A DNA stretch of 63,007 bases, counting the filler, from Folioceros fuciformis (Eukaryota): NCBI GenBank assembly GCA_049999805.1. It is 5 parts of 5 records of this genome, joined end to end, with 100 filler letters (N's around TTAATTAATTAA, not from the genome) between each part and the next. Parts side by side here need not be neighbours in the genome. Positions count along the whole stretch, not along the records: positions 1 to 16,581 come from JBNGIO010004132.1; positions 16,682 to 30,332 come from JBNGIO010004133.1; 3 more parts are not named here. One strand, 5' to 3'. The position numbers and the translations under genes are program-made. How positions within the stretch are numbered: the first letter of the stretch is position 1; each line of letters opens with the position of its first letter. The notes below the pieces were generated by a model, which saw only the letters and a program-made list of their open reading frames with translations, was not told where the DNA came from and searched no databases. Of this stretch, positions 12,674 through 26,168 are shown piece after piece.

Positions 12674-13597
12674 GTACGAGCTCGCCTGGCAACTGGGGAG
12701 TGGTACTCTATGTAGGATCCTGTATCTTTCTTTGTCTGAGCACAAGGGAAGCAGTATGCACAAATTGTAGCCAAATTGGAAGTGGGTTTCAAAACTTTCC
12801 GTCGCCGAGCTCACGGGGTGGGCTTTTGTCTGACAGGCTGGCGTGTGAGATGAGGATGGCGTTCCGTTTAGAATAGAGTATGTACACACCTTGACCAGAC
12901 TACAGGTGTACCTGGCCCCTCCCCGGAGCTACAGTACCGAGGGGTGAGGTAACCGAGCCGGGTGTGTATACGTCCGTATAGCAGCTAATAATCTATATAT
13001 GTGGAGTACACACCTATGTATGCGAGGTGTCGTTAAATCCGGACTGGGCGGATATTGTCCGGCGCGACCGTTGTGCGGGCAGTGCATGTGTCCGAGTCGC
13101 ATTGCCAAGCTCGCAGCCAGTGGTCGCGTTGCACGAAAGCTCAAGGGCAAGGCAGAAGGCATAGTGCGTGGGTGGGCCAGGGGGAACGGGATAAGAGAAG
13201 AAGACGTCAGACAGGGGATGCCTTTCGTCAGCAGGGAGCAAGCGGACACAGCAGCCGACTCAGCGCGGATTAATCTTATCTGTTCAAGCCCATCTACGAT
13301 TTTATCTGAGGCAGACCCACGACGAGGCCAGCCTGGGAGCACGACCTGTTGGGATTGGCCACCAGGCTCCGCCGACAGCGCCCCTTCAACTCCTTTTTAC
13401 TCGTCCCGCCGCGCGTCTTCTGCCACTTCGCACCTCGATTCCGACGAAGACGCAGACCCAAACCCCAACCCTGACCCCCACCCCCGAAGACAACTCTTGA
13501 GACGTGTGTCCCCGAGACAGGGAGAAAGGGAGAAGTGGAGCTTGGTGCCGGAACGAGTAACACTCCAGGCGAGAGAGAAGCAGGCAGTGCAGTGCAG

Positions 13598-14257
13598 ATG
13601 GCGTTGCTTGGGAGAGCGAGGATCGAGCAAGTCCTGGTGAGCCCGTGCTCGCGGCTGGCACCGCCGGGGCTGGCCGCGGTGCGCGCGTCCCCTCGGCGAG
13701 TCTGGTGCCAGGCCGCCGCGCAACCGTGCTCGGAGGAGCGGCAGGGCCATGGCCAGGGGAAGGCGGAGGATTGGTACCAAGTGCTCGGGGTGCAGCGCAA
13801 CGCCACAGCCAAGGAGGTGAAGGCTGCTTACCGGCAGCTGGTGCGGAGGTTCCACCCGGACGTAGTACCGGTGCAAGACAAGGAGGATTGCACGTCGCGC
13901 TTCCTTGAGGTGCACCAGGCCTACGCGGTGCTTTCGGATCCGCAGGCCAGGGCGGCATACGATTTGCAGTTCTCTCTGCAGAGGTTTCAGGCCTCCGGGT
14001 ACACTGGCAGGCGGGGCTTCGCGGGCGTGGCCGCCGAGAACTCGGGGACTGCGTTTGAGGGATACGCTGGCACGGCGCAGTCCTATGCGGCTGCTTACTG
14101 CTACGGCCACGGCTATGCAGGCTACAGCTGCGCGGCCCAGACCGGGGGCGACAGCCAGGGCTTCACGTCCTATGCGTCCGTCTCCTACCCGTCCGCGGCG
14201 GGCTCTTCTACTACGCAATGGAAGGGCAAGAGCTGGGAGACGGATCAGTGCTGGTGA
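13598..14257 (+). CDS. Small plastid-type J-domain protein (DnaJ type III, J11/J20-like), intronless
   Basis: J domain (DWYQVLGV...KAAYRQLVRRFHPD...FLEVHQAYAVLSDP), the conserved C-terminal WETDQCW, and an Arg/Ala-rich transit-like N-terminus. Confidence 0.93.
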   Translation: MALLGRARIEQVLVSPCSRLAPPGLAAVRASPRRVWCQAAAQPCSEERQGHGQGKAEDWYQVLGVQRNATAKEVKAAYRQLVRRFHPDVVPVQDKEDCTSRFLEVHQAYAVLSDPQARAAYDLQFSLQRFQASGYTGRRGFAGVAAENSGTAFEGYAGTAQSYAAAYCYGHGYAGYSCAAQTGGDSQGFTSYASVSYPSAAGSSTTQWKGKSWETDQCW

Positions 14258-14814
14258 GGCCATGGCAATTCGGCCAGGTGCTGGTGGTGTGCCCAGCTGC
14301 GCACCCACGCCCGGTGTGCTTCGCATGTACATTCTCATTTCATGGCGGGGAGCTCTGGAGCACACTTGTGGCGGGCGAGGCTGGGGACGGATGGTCCGGT
14401 CCCGACTTGTATGGGTTCCTTTTTGAATACCCGTGTTGGGGAACAACATTATTTGTAGATGCTACGCCTTCACTGCAACCATGATTTGTCTGTATATATG
14501 TATTGTAGGAGTGGAATCCTGACATTTCAGGGTCCCATCAACAACTCGGCTCCACTGACGTGGGCCACTAATTCGAAGAATCAAAACATGCCATGCCATT
14601 CCTGTACAGATTCGTGTTGCGCTGCGCTCAGTCCGTTTCTGTGTCGCAACTGTTGAAGAGGTCGCGTCGGTTCAGCTTTTCGTTTCAACCCAACCTGTAG
14701 TACGTATGTACTACTAGCCTTCAAAGGCGCCTCCTAGTTGTCGCGGTCCACTGCAACCCGAGTCGATCACTGCCTGATTGCAATTTCCTGCATGCTCCTT
14801 GCTTGCAAGCTCTT

Positions 14815-14894
14815 CGCTTACTACGGTCGGCATCGTCATTCCAAGGACTCCTTCCGCTTACTACGGTCGGCATCGTCATTCCAAGGACTCCTTC
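14815..14894. repeat. 40-bp direct tandem duplication
   Basis: cgcttactacggtcggcatcgtcattccaaggactccttc occurs at 14815 and 14855. Confidence 0.9.
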
Positions 14895-16581
14895 GCTGAG
14901 TTAGATTGTGCTAATTTGCTGGAAGTTGATGGTTGCCTCATGTGTGTTGGGCCTCCGATACGATCGCAAGGTTTGCGAGCTGAGCTGATAGACAGACACC
15001 CTTTCCTGTGGACTAAAATGAGTTGTCTGCACGATTTCACGAGGACAGATCTTCGGCTGCTTAATCAGTCAGCCTCCCGAGTTCACTGTTAGTGTGATAT
15101 TACAGGAGAACGTCCAGTGACCTTAATGACACACCAACGAGGAAAGAGGCGCATGTCAGAACTTTTTCTAAAGACACCACACGTGATCGCCGCGGTGCCT
15201 AGCACAAACACTTTGCTCCTGAAAGTGAGAGCCCACCTCACAAGAAAGCAAAGTCTCGCACCACTCAAAACGTCACCGTCATCGTTTCACCTTTCGCGTT
15301 GCTTTCACAGACCGGACGGGGGGTTCAGTTCACGTTCAGGACGGGGGGAGGCGTTTCATTCAACTTCCACAGGGGCAAGGCCAAGCCAAGGTCCCCACCC
15401 GGACGCCCAAGCTGAGCTCCGTGCGGGGTTGAGGCCTCGCGTACAAGACGACCGTGTGGGGCAGAGGCCGCTGGACGGATCATGTGAGAAAAGGCCACCC
15501 GGGCCCCTCCCTCACATGCTGAACTCTCGCGGGCGTGAAGCGTAGGACCCCGGAGGAGTTCTCAGGGGGGCTTGCAGAAAATTGGCTAAAAGTGTGGCCT
15601 ACCCTGGCGCTGAGTTCTCCAACCTTTCTCTTGCTTGTCACTCAAATCAGACGCAAACGCTTCCTCACACTTTCTCCTGTCCCCGGAAAGGTCACTGGGC
15701 TCCTATGCCGACACTGACCGGTTTGGGGAGGGCCCCAGAGCGCGGATAATTTGCCACAACGCCATTAGAGTATATACCAAGAGATACCCAAGAAATCGTA
15801 GTGAAAAATTGGGGCACCCCCTCTCGCCGGTGTGGTGTGCCAAAATATGACGCCCATTGTGAACGCTTATAAGCCTAAGGTGTGAGGATTGCAGCCGCGA
15901 GGTGCTATGCAAAGCTGATGTTAAAAGGTGTGGAACGTGAGGAATGTGAAACTTTCATGTTTGAAGTTGACAGGAAAGGAGAGGGGGAGCCCTGAGCTGC
16001 CGTCATGCCTGTCCCATTGCAGGGTTAACCCCTGTTGCACGCCAACACGCACGCACAGGGAAACATTTCCCTAGTATCTTTTCACAAGTTGGGGCCCGGC
16101 CCGGTACAACAGGACGAAAACTGAAGGAGCGTCATTCCGCATCTTGAAGATAAGACTACCAAGAACAAGTTCAGCCCACGACAAATTCTTAACCCAGGGT
16201 CCCAAGGCATTAACAACATTACCCTTCCCCGATTCCCCCGATTCTTCTGGATCACGCCGCAAGTAAAGACGAAAAGATCGTCCTTCGGCTTGCTCGGGAT
16301 AGAGAGCGCACTTTTTTTATTACTATCTTAGGGTATCGTTACGAATATTCTACATTTGCCCTTTTTGTTTTATGTCCACTCGGAGGCCTTTCCACAGCGG
16401 CCATGGTCACCAAAGCAGTGACATAGGCCTGGCATGGCACCGAGGTAGCTGTGAGCCGCATCCCTCGCCCTCGGGGTTGGCGCGCCCTAGACTGGGCCCG
16501 GGCACGGGCCCAATCTTGGACGCGACTCATAGGTGTGTGTGAGAAGTTTGAATTGGACGCAATACAGTACATACATAGTTT

Positions 16582-16681
16582 NNNNNNNNNNNNNNNNNNN
16601 NNNNNNNNNNNNNNNNNNNNNNNNNTTAATTAATTAANNNNNNNNNNNNNNNNNNNNNNNNNNNNNNNNNNNNNNNNNNNN
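16582..16681. other. Artificial contig-join spacer (N-flanked TTAATTAATTAA)
   Basis: N44-TTAATTAATTAA-N44 with the 12-mer at 16626-16637. The 12-mer has stop codons in all six frames. Confidence 0.95.
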
Positions 16682-16925
16682 GACGCTGGTGGGAATGAAT
16701 GCAGTGCGCATGGCCGTTACGGTGCATTCTGCGTGCTGAGACGATGTTTCAGGGTGCAATTCTTTGTCCAGGGTAGGTTATTTGGATTGGTATGGGACGT
16801 TGTTGGTCTTCGCAGCACAAGACCGTGTGACCTAAATCGGGACGACCTTGTCTGGATCGCACAGAGGCTGTGGTCGCAGCTGGTTCATGGAAGAGGGAAC
16901 GTCGTTTCTCCAGGAGTCGTGAGTC

Positions 16926-19900
16926 ATGGCAGATGATGGTCCGATGGCCTACTTTGACGAGAAGCCACCGCAAGACGAGCATCCACGGAGGCGGCCGACC
17001 AGGGCTTGTACTGCGCGTACCGCAGCAAGATTAGCCCCACCTGCACCTGCACCTGCCCCTCCGCCAAGGAGCACGTCTGCGAAGAAGAAACCTGCAGAAT
17101 GTGAGCCTCCCGTCGGGCTTGTTCTGACTCCTCCCCTGCCAGGTCAAAATGATCGGTGGCAGCTACGGAACATGTGGGAACTCGCGTCTGTTATCGACTT
17201 CTTCCGTGTAGGTCTTTCCGTTCTTCCCGCTATGTCCTTTCTGTCTACTGGACCTGCCTTTTCCAGCTCGGAGCTTCTGGGAGTCCAATTTCCATCTGTT
17301 GTCTCGTGAGCCAAGAGGCTTGTTATCTACCTGCCGTGTCCGAATGGTGATCTGACTTTTGCATGTCTGTGCTGATGGATCGGCTCATGGATGACTCGAC
17401 TGCAGTGTTTTCGTCCTGTACTTGGGTTCGAGTACGATTTTACGGGTGAGGATCTCGAGTCTGCGCTGCTGGTGCCGAACAGCAGACTGGACGACATTCA
17501 TCTGGCGCTGCTGAAGGTGCCCGGCATTCATTTCTTGTGTATTTGGTTCCGGAGCTTGACTTTGGCTGTGTTGTGTCGTTTGGGCGTAGCTTCTCTTTTT
17601 CAGTTACCTGCTTGCCTTTCTTCAAGCACGTCAGCTATAGATGCCCCAATGCTCAGCATCAATTTATTGGCATGTGGAGCAGATATTGGTGTTTTGGAGA
17701 TTCTTGAGAGGCTTGCTGATCAGCGTTGTGTCATGCTGCTGCTCCATCCTTCCTGCAGGCAATTCCTCCAGCTGCTAGAATTGCACTAACTCGGGACACG
17801 TGGGTGACTGTTCTTTGCAAGAAATTGAAGGACTGGTGGCATAAGGTAATGAAATTCCAGACTTCTCTAATGCTCCAAGCTTAGCATGTTCTGACGACTG
17901 TGAGGCTTTCTTGCTTCTGCTTGTCTGGCGTGCCTCTGTCATCTGTTTTTGGTGAAAAAGATAAGTATAGACTGTTGGTATCTTTGCAGGTAGGAGATGG
18001 ACCTTGCCCTCTGGTTGCTAACCATGGGTATGTGCACTTGTTTTCTTTACGTCCTTTTGAGGCAGCACACATTCTGAGACTTCGATGGGAGAGTCTTGAC
18101 TACGTGAGTCGCCTTGGGTCACTGACGTACCCTTTCCTGATGGCAGGCTAGAGATTGAGGTCTATAAAGGATTTGATCCTGGAATGCGCCTTCAAATCTT
18201 GAAGGCACTCTGTGAAATACGAGTTGATGTAGGTCTCCATTCTACAGCCACTGGTTGTGGTGATTTCATCTGATGTCTTCTGGCAATTCCGTTGTTAAAA
18301 TCTCCTGATCTTATGCAGCAAGATGACCTCCGCGGCTTTATTGATGTGTCCATGAAAGATCGACATACGGTCTTTCGCAAGGAACCACTTGGAGATATTT
18401 TTGGCACAACCTACTGGTTAGTTTCTGTTGCGGTGGTGATTTGAAAGCCAACACTAGATCTCTGTCTGACAAAAACTGCACCACTGTGGACTGTTCTGCT
18501 ACGTCGGTGTCCTTCTTGAGAACTTATTCCTGTTAAGTTTATGATTCTTCAGGTATGAAGAGGATATGGTGCTAGGGCAAAGGCTATACAGAGAGCTGCC
18601 TCGGATAGAACCAAAAACTAAGGCAAAGGGACAGGTGAAGGGCCGTTCAGTTCCCCCACCAGGATCAGGGCAGTGGGAAACTGTGGCTACAAACTTCACA
18701 GAATTCCAGGATGTCGTGGTAACTCATCTTTTTCACTGGATGCGATTCCCAATTCCTGGTCGCAGTTGTTGCATAAGCATAGCATCATTATGGATTGATC
18801 TGGCAGGAAAGGCTCTGCGGTAGCAGGAACAAGGCTGAAGTGAATTTGGGGAGGAAGATAAACACAGACATTATGCCTTTCATTGAGGAACTTCACAAGG
18901 TAAGAAAATGTACCAGCCCGATCATCTCGCTCTAGTCGATTGTGAATGTCTCAAATTAGATTGAGGAGGCAATTCTGATTGTCATTCTGCAACCAGAAAA
19001 AGGAAAGGGCTCTGAAGAAACAGGCAAGGCAAGCCATGCTTTTGGAGAGCTGCATGACCGCAAATGGTTTAGCTGGTGGACGCTCTCGGCGGGATAGGAA
19101 GCCAGTGACGTACACATTTGGTATGAGTTATACACGCGCCTTCCGATGTTCCTTCTCATGGAATTGTAGCGGCCATTTCTTTAGTCCTTATTTTGGTTGC
19201 AATGGCTATTGTTTTTTCTGGTCGCTGTTGCCTCATGGGTTCCTTTTACGTGCAGACGACTATGACCGTTCTATATCAGAGGCAATCAAATTTACAAAGT
19301 AAGTTGCCACTATGAGGAGGACTACTTTTTTGTTGTGTTATCTGTTAGGTACCAGAAAATGGTCTTGTGTCAGTCGATTGGAGGGTGCGAGCTAAGATCG
19401 ACAAACATGTCGTAGGTCGCTTAATAATATTTTGGTTCATGGACAGGAAGAAAAACCCTTCACCAGAGCCACCAGCTAGCAGGCGAGATTTGCGGAACCA
19501 GGATGCAAGGTCTAATGGAGGAAATGGGAGACCTGAGTATCTCCAACGACTGAGAGGCTTCAGCGGTGGGAATGATGGTGGACATGAGGAGGCTGCAGTT
19601 GCTGACATGGATCAGACATACGCTGTATCTCTACGCAGGTCATCCATGTCACAGTTTGCAGATCTTTTTTGCTCAATATCTGGGTCTTGACGTCGCTTTT
19701 TACACCAGGAGAACGTTGTGGGTTTATGCAGTGGGAGGCAACCTCGTCCTACGCAGAGATATCCAGACAATGAATATGTTGATAGTGCTGATGGCGAGGC
19801 ATTGAGCGATGAGGAAATTGTAGGAGAAGCTGTATTTAAGGAGGACTACTTGCAAAGGAGAAGACAGAGGAGAGAGGCTAGTTCTGAAAGAGATTATGAA

Positions 19901-20587
19901 TACAGAATGGAGGAGGATGAATTTGATCCAGAGGAGGAGGTCGGAGCCAATGCTGATAGTGATTACGTTGATTCTGGAAATGAGAGCAGCGGGTACGAAG
20001 AACGTCGAGGTGGAGGCAAAAGAGCAAAATCACAAGTTGAAGTTGAAAAGGCATCGAATTGGGGTTTGAGGCGAAGTACGAGGTTGAGCCGTGGTGCAGA
20101 TCGCCATGAGCAGTTTGATAGTGAGATGGAAGAGGTAGATGAAGAAGCTGAGGGGAACTACAGGGTAGATAGGGGTTACCCCGATGTCGACAAAGAGGCT
20201 GAAGATAGGGGGGCTGATGAATCTCAAGGGGAGCTTAGTGCTGGATCAGAGCAGTCTGCGGACGATGAAGAGGACCCATCATCCAGGCAGTACGAAGAAA
20301 GAGGGGACATGGTAATACCAAGGCCAAGCATGAATGGTCGGGGTGGCAACGCTGAGCATTCCCACGACCACCGTCCTGAGTCAAGTTTCAACGAGGCCGG
20401 TCTGAATGGCTACCCCTTGGACGATGCACCCAGCAGTGGTAGTACAAAGCTGCGACTCAGGCTTCACCGGCCCCCTCCAGCCGAGGCTTTGAGGAAGGAT
20501 GCAGGCAATGACGGCAGGAGAGTAGATCGTCTTGACTCGATGCCGGGTGGGTTGCAAAATGGAAAAGGAGGAAGAGGCAGCCACTAA
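16926..20587 (+). CDS. DDT-domain / WHIM chromatin protein (DDR4-like), multi-exon
   Basis: Spliced translation gives RWQLRNMWELASVIDFF, LESALLVPNSRLDDIHLALLK/AIPP, TWVTVLCKKLKDWW, RLQILKALCEIRV, YWYEEDMVLGQRLYRE, GQWETVATN and GRSRRDRKPVTYTF/DDYDRSISEAI. The last exon (to 20587) is acidic and low-complexity. Confidence 0.9.
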
Positions 20588-22239
20588 GAATAGTTCCCGG
20601 GCAACATCTGTCCGTTGTATTTTTCACTAGGCGCGGACTCAGCAATGTCGTTTTATTTCATACATTGCAGCAGGCCGGCCTATGAGTACCGGTGGAACAG
20701 GAGCAGGGTCTCTGCCACATTGGCGCTGGACGCGGCAAGTAGGAATGAAACCCACACAGGTTGGTTTCAGGTGGCCCGGACAGGCGCGGTGTATATTAAA
20801 TTCTCCTCACTCGAAGCCGGTAAATTTTCTTAGTCCTGCATGTGGTAGCACATCTTTAGGTCCCTCGGCATAGGTCGACCGCAAGTGTCGGTCGGGGATT
20901 CGGGAATCAGTCACAGCTGCAAAGGAGGGTGCTGTATTACAATTAACCAACCTTACTACGAGTCTTGGATTCCGAATAGAAATCTATTTGGCGTCATGCT
21001 TACCCATATTCGAGCAGATTCTCATGATGAACGGAATGTTTCCCACCGGTGCGACCTGTTTGTGTGACCGGCTGTTGGAAGTCTGGATCTACCGGCCACA
21101 CAACACAAGGTGTGGGACGGCCCCACACATCTTCTCGGCCCCTGGCTCGCTGCCACCTCTCTTCCCTCCTCTGCGGCATCGTGCGATCCTGTCCATTACG
21201 TGAACCTGTCCTTCTGCCCATCACCCATTGCATCGCCACGCCGCGGCCGCGGCATGCAACCACCGTCAATTTTTCTTCGTCTTGTCGTCCTTTCACGACC
21301 GGCATCGCTCCTTCCGCCTGCTCTGCTCACTCGAAAGGTTCTGGGAAGCTTCGTTCCCTGTGGGCATCGCCCACTGTCCAGGTAATGCGGGCAGCAGCTG
21401 GTTTAAACTCACCTTGCGCAGTTTGTGTCTTCGAATTTGTTGCAATTTCCTGCATTTGGCAGCAAAGTCACTGCCTTTCCTGCTGGCAGGGCAGCAAATG
21501 CTGGTGTGGGCTCCGCAGTCTGTCAGCTGTGGCACCTGGCGCTGGAGGTGCGGTGACAAATTCTGAGCGTTTTTCAAGTCCTCTTTTATGTGTTTTTGTG
21601 CTTGTGGGCGTGCGCGTGGCGATAGCGGGCGGGATCGACTAGTGTAGCTTTGCATGGCTTCTCTCGCGTGTTCACAACTCGTCGAAGCTCGGTGGTCAAC
21701 GGCTAGATGAAGGAATTCGGGTGACCGTCATTTGAGCTTTTGTGTGTCGTGGTGCAAAGTGATTTGGTCGGCTGGTCTGTTTTTCCCGACTCCTGGTTAT
21801 CTCTGCAAGCTGATGTTTGGTATTGTTTTGGTCCTACAGCTTGGTTGCATGAACACAGCTTGTACACTTTGCCTGCTCAAAGCCTGGACTTGCAGCCTTC
21901 TCCCTTTGCAAGGTTTTACAGGAATCTTCCCACTGAGGGGCTAATAGTGTTTGCGTGCTGAATTGCTGTAAGAGGCATGCTGAATTACTGAAAGAGGCTT
22001 TGCTGTATTTGGATGCTGAGGGGCGTACGTCGAAAGCGTTCACAGTATCCTGATGTTGGAAGGTTCACGAAATTCTCATCCTGGAAGGCTTTCGGACACT
22101 GTTGTGATGTTTGAAGGGCCTCACAATGAAGTCTTCACGTGTTGCCCACACCCTATGTTTGTGCAGATGGGTTGCGCAGAGTTGGTAGTCTGAGTTCCGA
22201 TTAAGAGGAGCGGCGCTCAGGAAGAGTGCTGGGCTTTTT

Positions 22240-25200
22240 ATGATGGAGGTGGCCATGGCAGCAGTGCAGCTCGGGAACCCTGCTGTCCTGGCCAGCCACG
22301 GCACAGGGGGCAGGAGGAGCAAGGAGACAAGGCGTTTGGTTGCTGACGGATTATGCAGTATGGTGAATGTTCACTCTCCTGCCGCTGCGCTGTCATGGGC
22401 TTCGCGGAGCATGTTCGGCACTTCTTTTGCAATTAGGTCGAGACGACATACCGGCACCGATTCTTCTGCTTCTCCGTCGCGAGCTACTGCAGATGATCGG
22501 ATTCAATTCACAGCTGATGCTCTTTCAACTACAGATTTGGGATTGAGTGGCTCAGGATCCACATCCACAGCAGTCCCTGAGGCGGATAGTCAGAACCGTC
22601 GTGTTGTAGACGATGACTATCCTGCCAACTATGTCCTTGTTTCCAACGACCCGGATGACATTGAACTGGAAATAAAAAAGATTGAGGCTGAGAATGCAGA
22701 GTTGCGACGAATCGTTTCTGAATCCAATGCTGAATCAGCAGAGGCTGGCCTGTTGCGCAGAGATTCGGCAGTGGATGTGAATCGTCCCCGGGCAAATATC
22801 CTGGCCCCATCAGCAGGAGCAGAGGCAGCCACCGCTCCTGTTATTGGCATAGCTGCTAAATTTCCAAGAGGTATATTGTCGCAACATCATCTCTAGTTTA
22901 CATCTCTATGGTGCTGATGCTGCGAGAATTCTCACCCCAAACAACGTGGTTACTGACCTTGAGAATACGGTTGCAGCACCCACAGCAGGCGAACCAGGAA
23001 CTGAATATGATGCTTTGCAAGGCACAAAGCTTGCCCGAAGTGACCTGGAAGATGGCAACAGGAAAACCAAGAATCCTTTCAACATTGTGTTTGTCTCCTC
23101 AGAAGTGGCACCTTATTCCAAGACAGGAGGGTTGGGAGATGTTTGTGGTTCTTTGCCTCTTGCCCTGGCAGAAAGAGGGCACAGAGTCATGGTGGTATCT
23201 CCTCGCTACATGAACGGCGTGACAGATGATAAGTATGCTGGAGCTTTTGATTGTCAATGTCGAATAAAAGTAAATTGTTTTGGTGGAGAGCACGAAGTAG
23301 CCTTCTTTCATGAGTATCGGGGAGGTGTGGATTGGGTAAGTGAACTTTGTTGATGTTCGTGTAACGGGCTGAACTACTAACTTGCGCTCCTATTTCTATT
23401 GGCGATTTGTCTTGCCTCCTGCTTGGTTTCCGAGCTAGCCTTGGATGCTACCTCTGAGACTCGCTTTCCTATAGGTGTTTGTGGATCATCCATCTTACCA
23501 CAGACCAGGTACTCCCTATGGAGATACACGTGGTGCATTTGGTGACAATCAGGTAGATTATCACAACCTTTACTTCAGTGTTGTTGCGGATGCCTGGGCA
23601 TGAATTTTGCGTGTCTGTCGCCCCTGCAAGTGCTTGACTAGTTCTCATGTTTTGTGCAGTTCCGATTTACGCTTTTGTGTCATGCCGCGTGTGAAGTTCC
23701 CCTTGTCCTGCCTCTGGGGGGCTACACCTATGGAGACAAGTGCGTATTTGTTGCCAATGACTGGCATGCTGGTCTTGTTCCAGTGTATGTACTCTCTCTC
23801 TCTTCTCACCCACCGTGTGCTTGGGAAGAACTGTCCCTTCGTTTATAATTCGCTCTTGAGGGACGCTTAACATGAAAGGTCTGTATAGCCACACAACCTT
23901 CCTGTGTAGTTGACTTTTAAAGCTGGCTTTATCTTGGATGGCAGCCTGGTAGCGGCAAAGTACAGGAGACATGGGGTTTATCAAGGGTCTCGTTGCATTC
24001 TGGCTATCCATAACCTTGCCCACCAGGTTGGTTCGTGCGTTGGTCTGTCCTGTATGTTACACTCCTCACTGTGAGGTTGGTATCGGCTCATTCTTGTGTG
24101 ACATGGTGCCTCCCATTCTCGGGCAGGGTGTTGAACCAGGGACTACTTACGGAAACCTTGGATTACCTCCTGATTGGTATGGTGCCCTTGAGTGGGTCTT
24201 CCCAACCTGGGCCAGAAAACATGCATTGGACAAGGGTGAGGCTGTTAATCACCTGAAAGGTGCTATTGTGACAGCTGACCGCATCTTGACAGTTAGCCAG
24301 GTAAAATCATGTTTTGAAATGTCGTTGCTGGGTGCCCTGATTGTGCCAGTGGGGTTGTTGGTTTAGAGTAGGAAGCTCCACCTCTTTCAACATTTCTGTA
24401 TGTGCCAGACTTGCTATTCGATAGATGTGTCTGAACTTGTTTGGCATATCTGATTGTAGGGTTATGCCTGGGAAATCACCACAGCAGAGGGTGGCCAAGG
24501 CCTTGATGCTCTGCTGCGTGGTCGGAATGCGGTGATCAATGGTATATACTAAGCTTAAGTGCATCTGTCATTCAAGATCCAACTTGATGGGAACACTGCT
24601 AATAAATGTGATTATGCATTACAAATGGTGTTGACGTGGGCAAGTGGAGTCCTGCAACTGACACGCACATTGCTTCTCAGGTATCACAAATGGTGTCGAC
24701 GTAGATGACTGGAGTCCTGCTACTGACAGGCACATTGCTTCTCAGTACGTTGTTGAAGATTTGTCTGGGAAGGTTTGTGTTGTGGCTATCGCAGGTGAAG
24801 CTAGCAATTGGTTGTATTGCATGGTCCTGATTAGTACTCTTTTCTTAACTTGCAGGCAGAATGCAAGGCAGCTCTTCAAAAAGAACTTGGCCTCCCAGTT
24901 CGTCCTGAAGTCCCTCTGGCAAGTTCCTTAAGTAGAATGCTTTGATACTCGAAATTGCTGTTGCACAGTTGTGAAAGCATTTCCGGTTGCATAATCAATC
25001 AACTAACCCCTTCGGTTTCACAGGTTGGATTCATTGGACGTCTTGACTACCAGAAGGGCCCTGATCTTATCCAAGCAGGTCTTCCAGAGTTGCTGAGTGA
25101 TGATGTCCAAATGGTATAATCTCTGACCCAAATCCAAGTAGGATGTATCAGCTTTACAATGGGATTTTGACATGCAATATTGCTCTTACATACTGACTTG

Positions 25201-26168
25201 GCATGACATGGTGGCGACGTTTAACAGGTCATGCTGGGAAGCGGGGAAAGAGATGTTGAGACCTGGATGAGCTGGGCTGAATCTCAGTACAAGGAAAAGT
25301 TTCGGGGATGGGTAGGATTTAGTGTCCCTGTGGCACATCGCATCACAGCCGGGTAATCCATCTCAAGTTAGGATGACCTGCTTTGTGCTTCATTCTTGTG
25401 GCAATCGTGAGCTTCAATCTTGAGAATATTCATCATTCACTTGATCGCGTTTCAGGTGTGACATTTTGCTGATGCCTTCAAGATTTGAGCCTTGTGGTCT
25501 AAACCAGCTGTATGCCATGAGATATGGCACAGTGCCTGTAGCTCACTCTACTGGTGGCCTCAGAGTAGGTGGCCTCACCTTGCCAATCGTTTTGGCTCTC
25601 GCTTAACTCCTGTTATGCCTGGCACCTCCTTACTCCCTTCCTTATGCACTTAAGATGTCGCACCAAGCTAATGCCCGATATCATTGTGCGCAGGATACGA
25701 TACAAGATTTCAACCCTGTCGCCAACAGCGGGCAGGGAGCTGGCACAGGGTGAGAGTTTGTGGCAAATGCAAGCAGTGAATCTTATGATTTGGATGTGTC
25801 ATCGCTCTCGCAACGTAGTTGGCTGTGTCTGATCTGGGTGATTTGGGTTGGTTGATGATGCTCCTTCAGATGGACATTTTCTCCATTGACGAAGGATGCC
25901 ATGATGAAGGTATTTTGTTTTCTGCCAGTCCCTGTTTGAACTGAAGCTCTGCACATTATCCTGGACTAGTTGAGCCCGGTCTATGAAGCCTAATGGTCAA
26001 ATGTGTCTGCAGGCTCTTTGGCTCGCAATCTGGACCTTCCGGAATGAAAAGGAAGCATGGAAAGGGATAATGAAACGCGGCATGACCCAAGACTTTTCTT
26101 GGGACAGGGCAGCTGTTAAGTATGAACAAGTTTTTGAGTGGGCCATGATAGATCCTCCGTACGCCTAA
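22240..26168 (+). CDS. SS1: Soluble starch synthase I (GT5), plastid-targeted, multi-exon
   Basis: Motifs [70 protein letters not shown] and the C-terminal [11 protein letters not shown]. The first intron is 22871-22976. Confidence 0.95.

Noticed and set aside
13397-14449. 350-aa minus-strand ORF
   Set aside because: Antisense shadow of the GC-rich DnaJ gene, with no recognisable domain.
15100-16340. Possible LTR/TE remnant with a purine tract near 15972-15989
   Set aside because: No paired termini, PBS, TSD or TE coding motif could be identified.
16626-16637. TTAATTAATTAA as a biological motif (PacI or piggyBac-like TTAA site)
   Set aside because: It is always embedded in identical N runs, which marks it as a synthetic six-frame-stop spacer.
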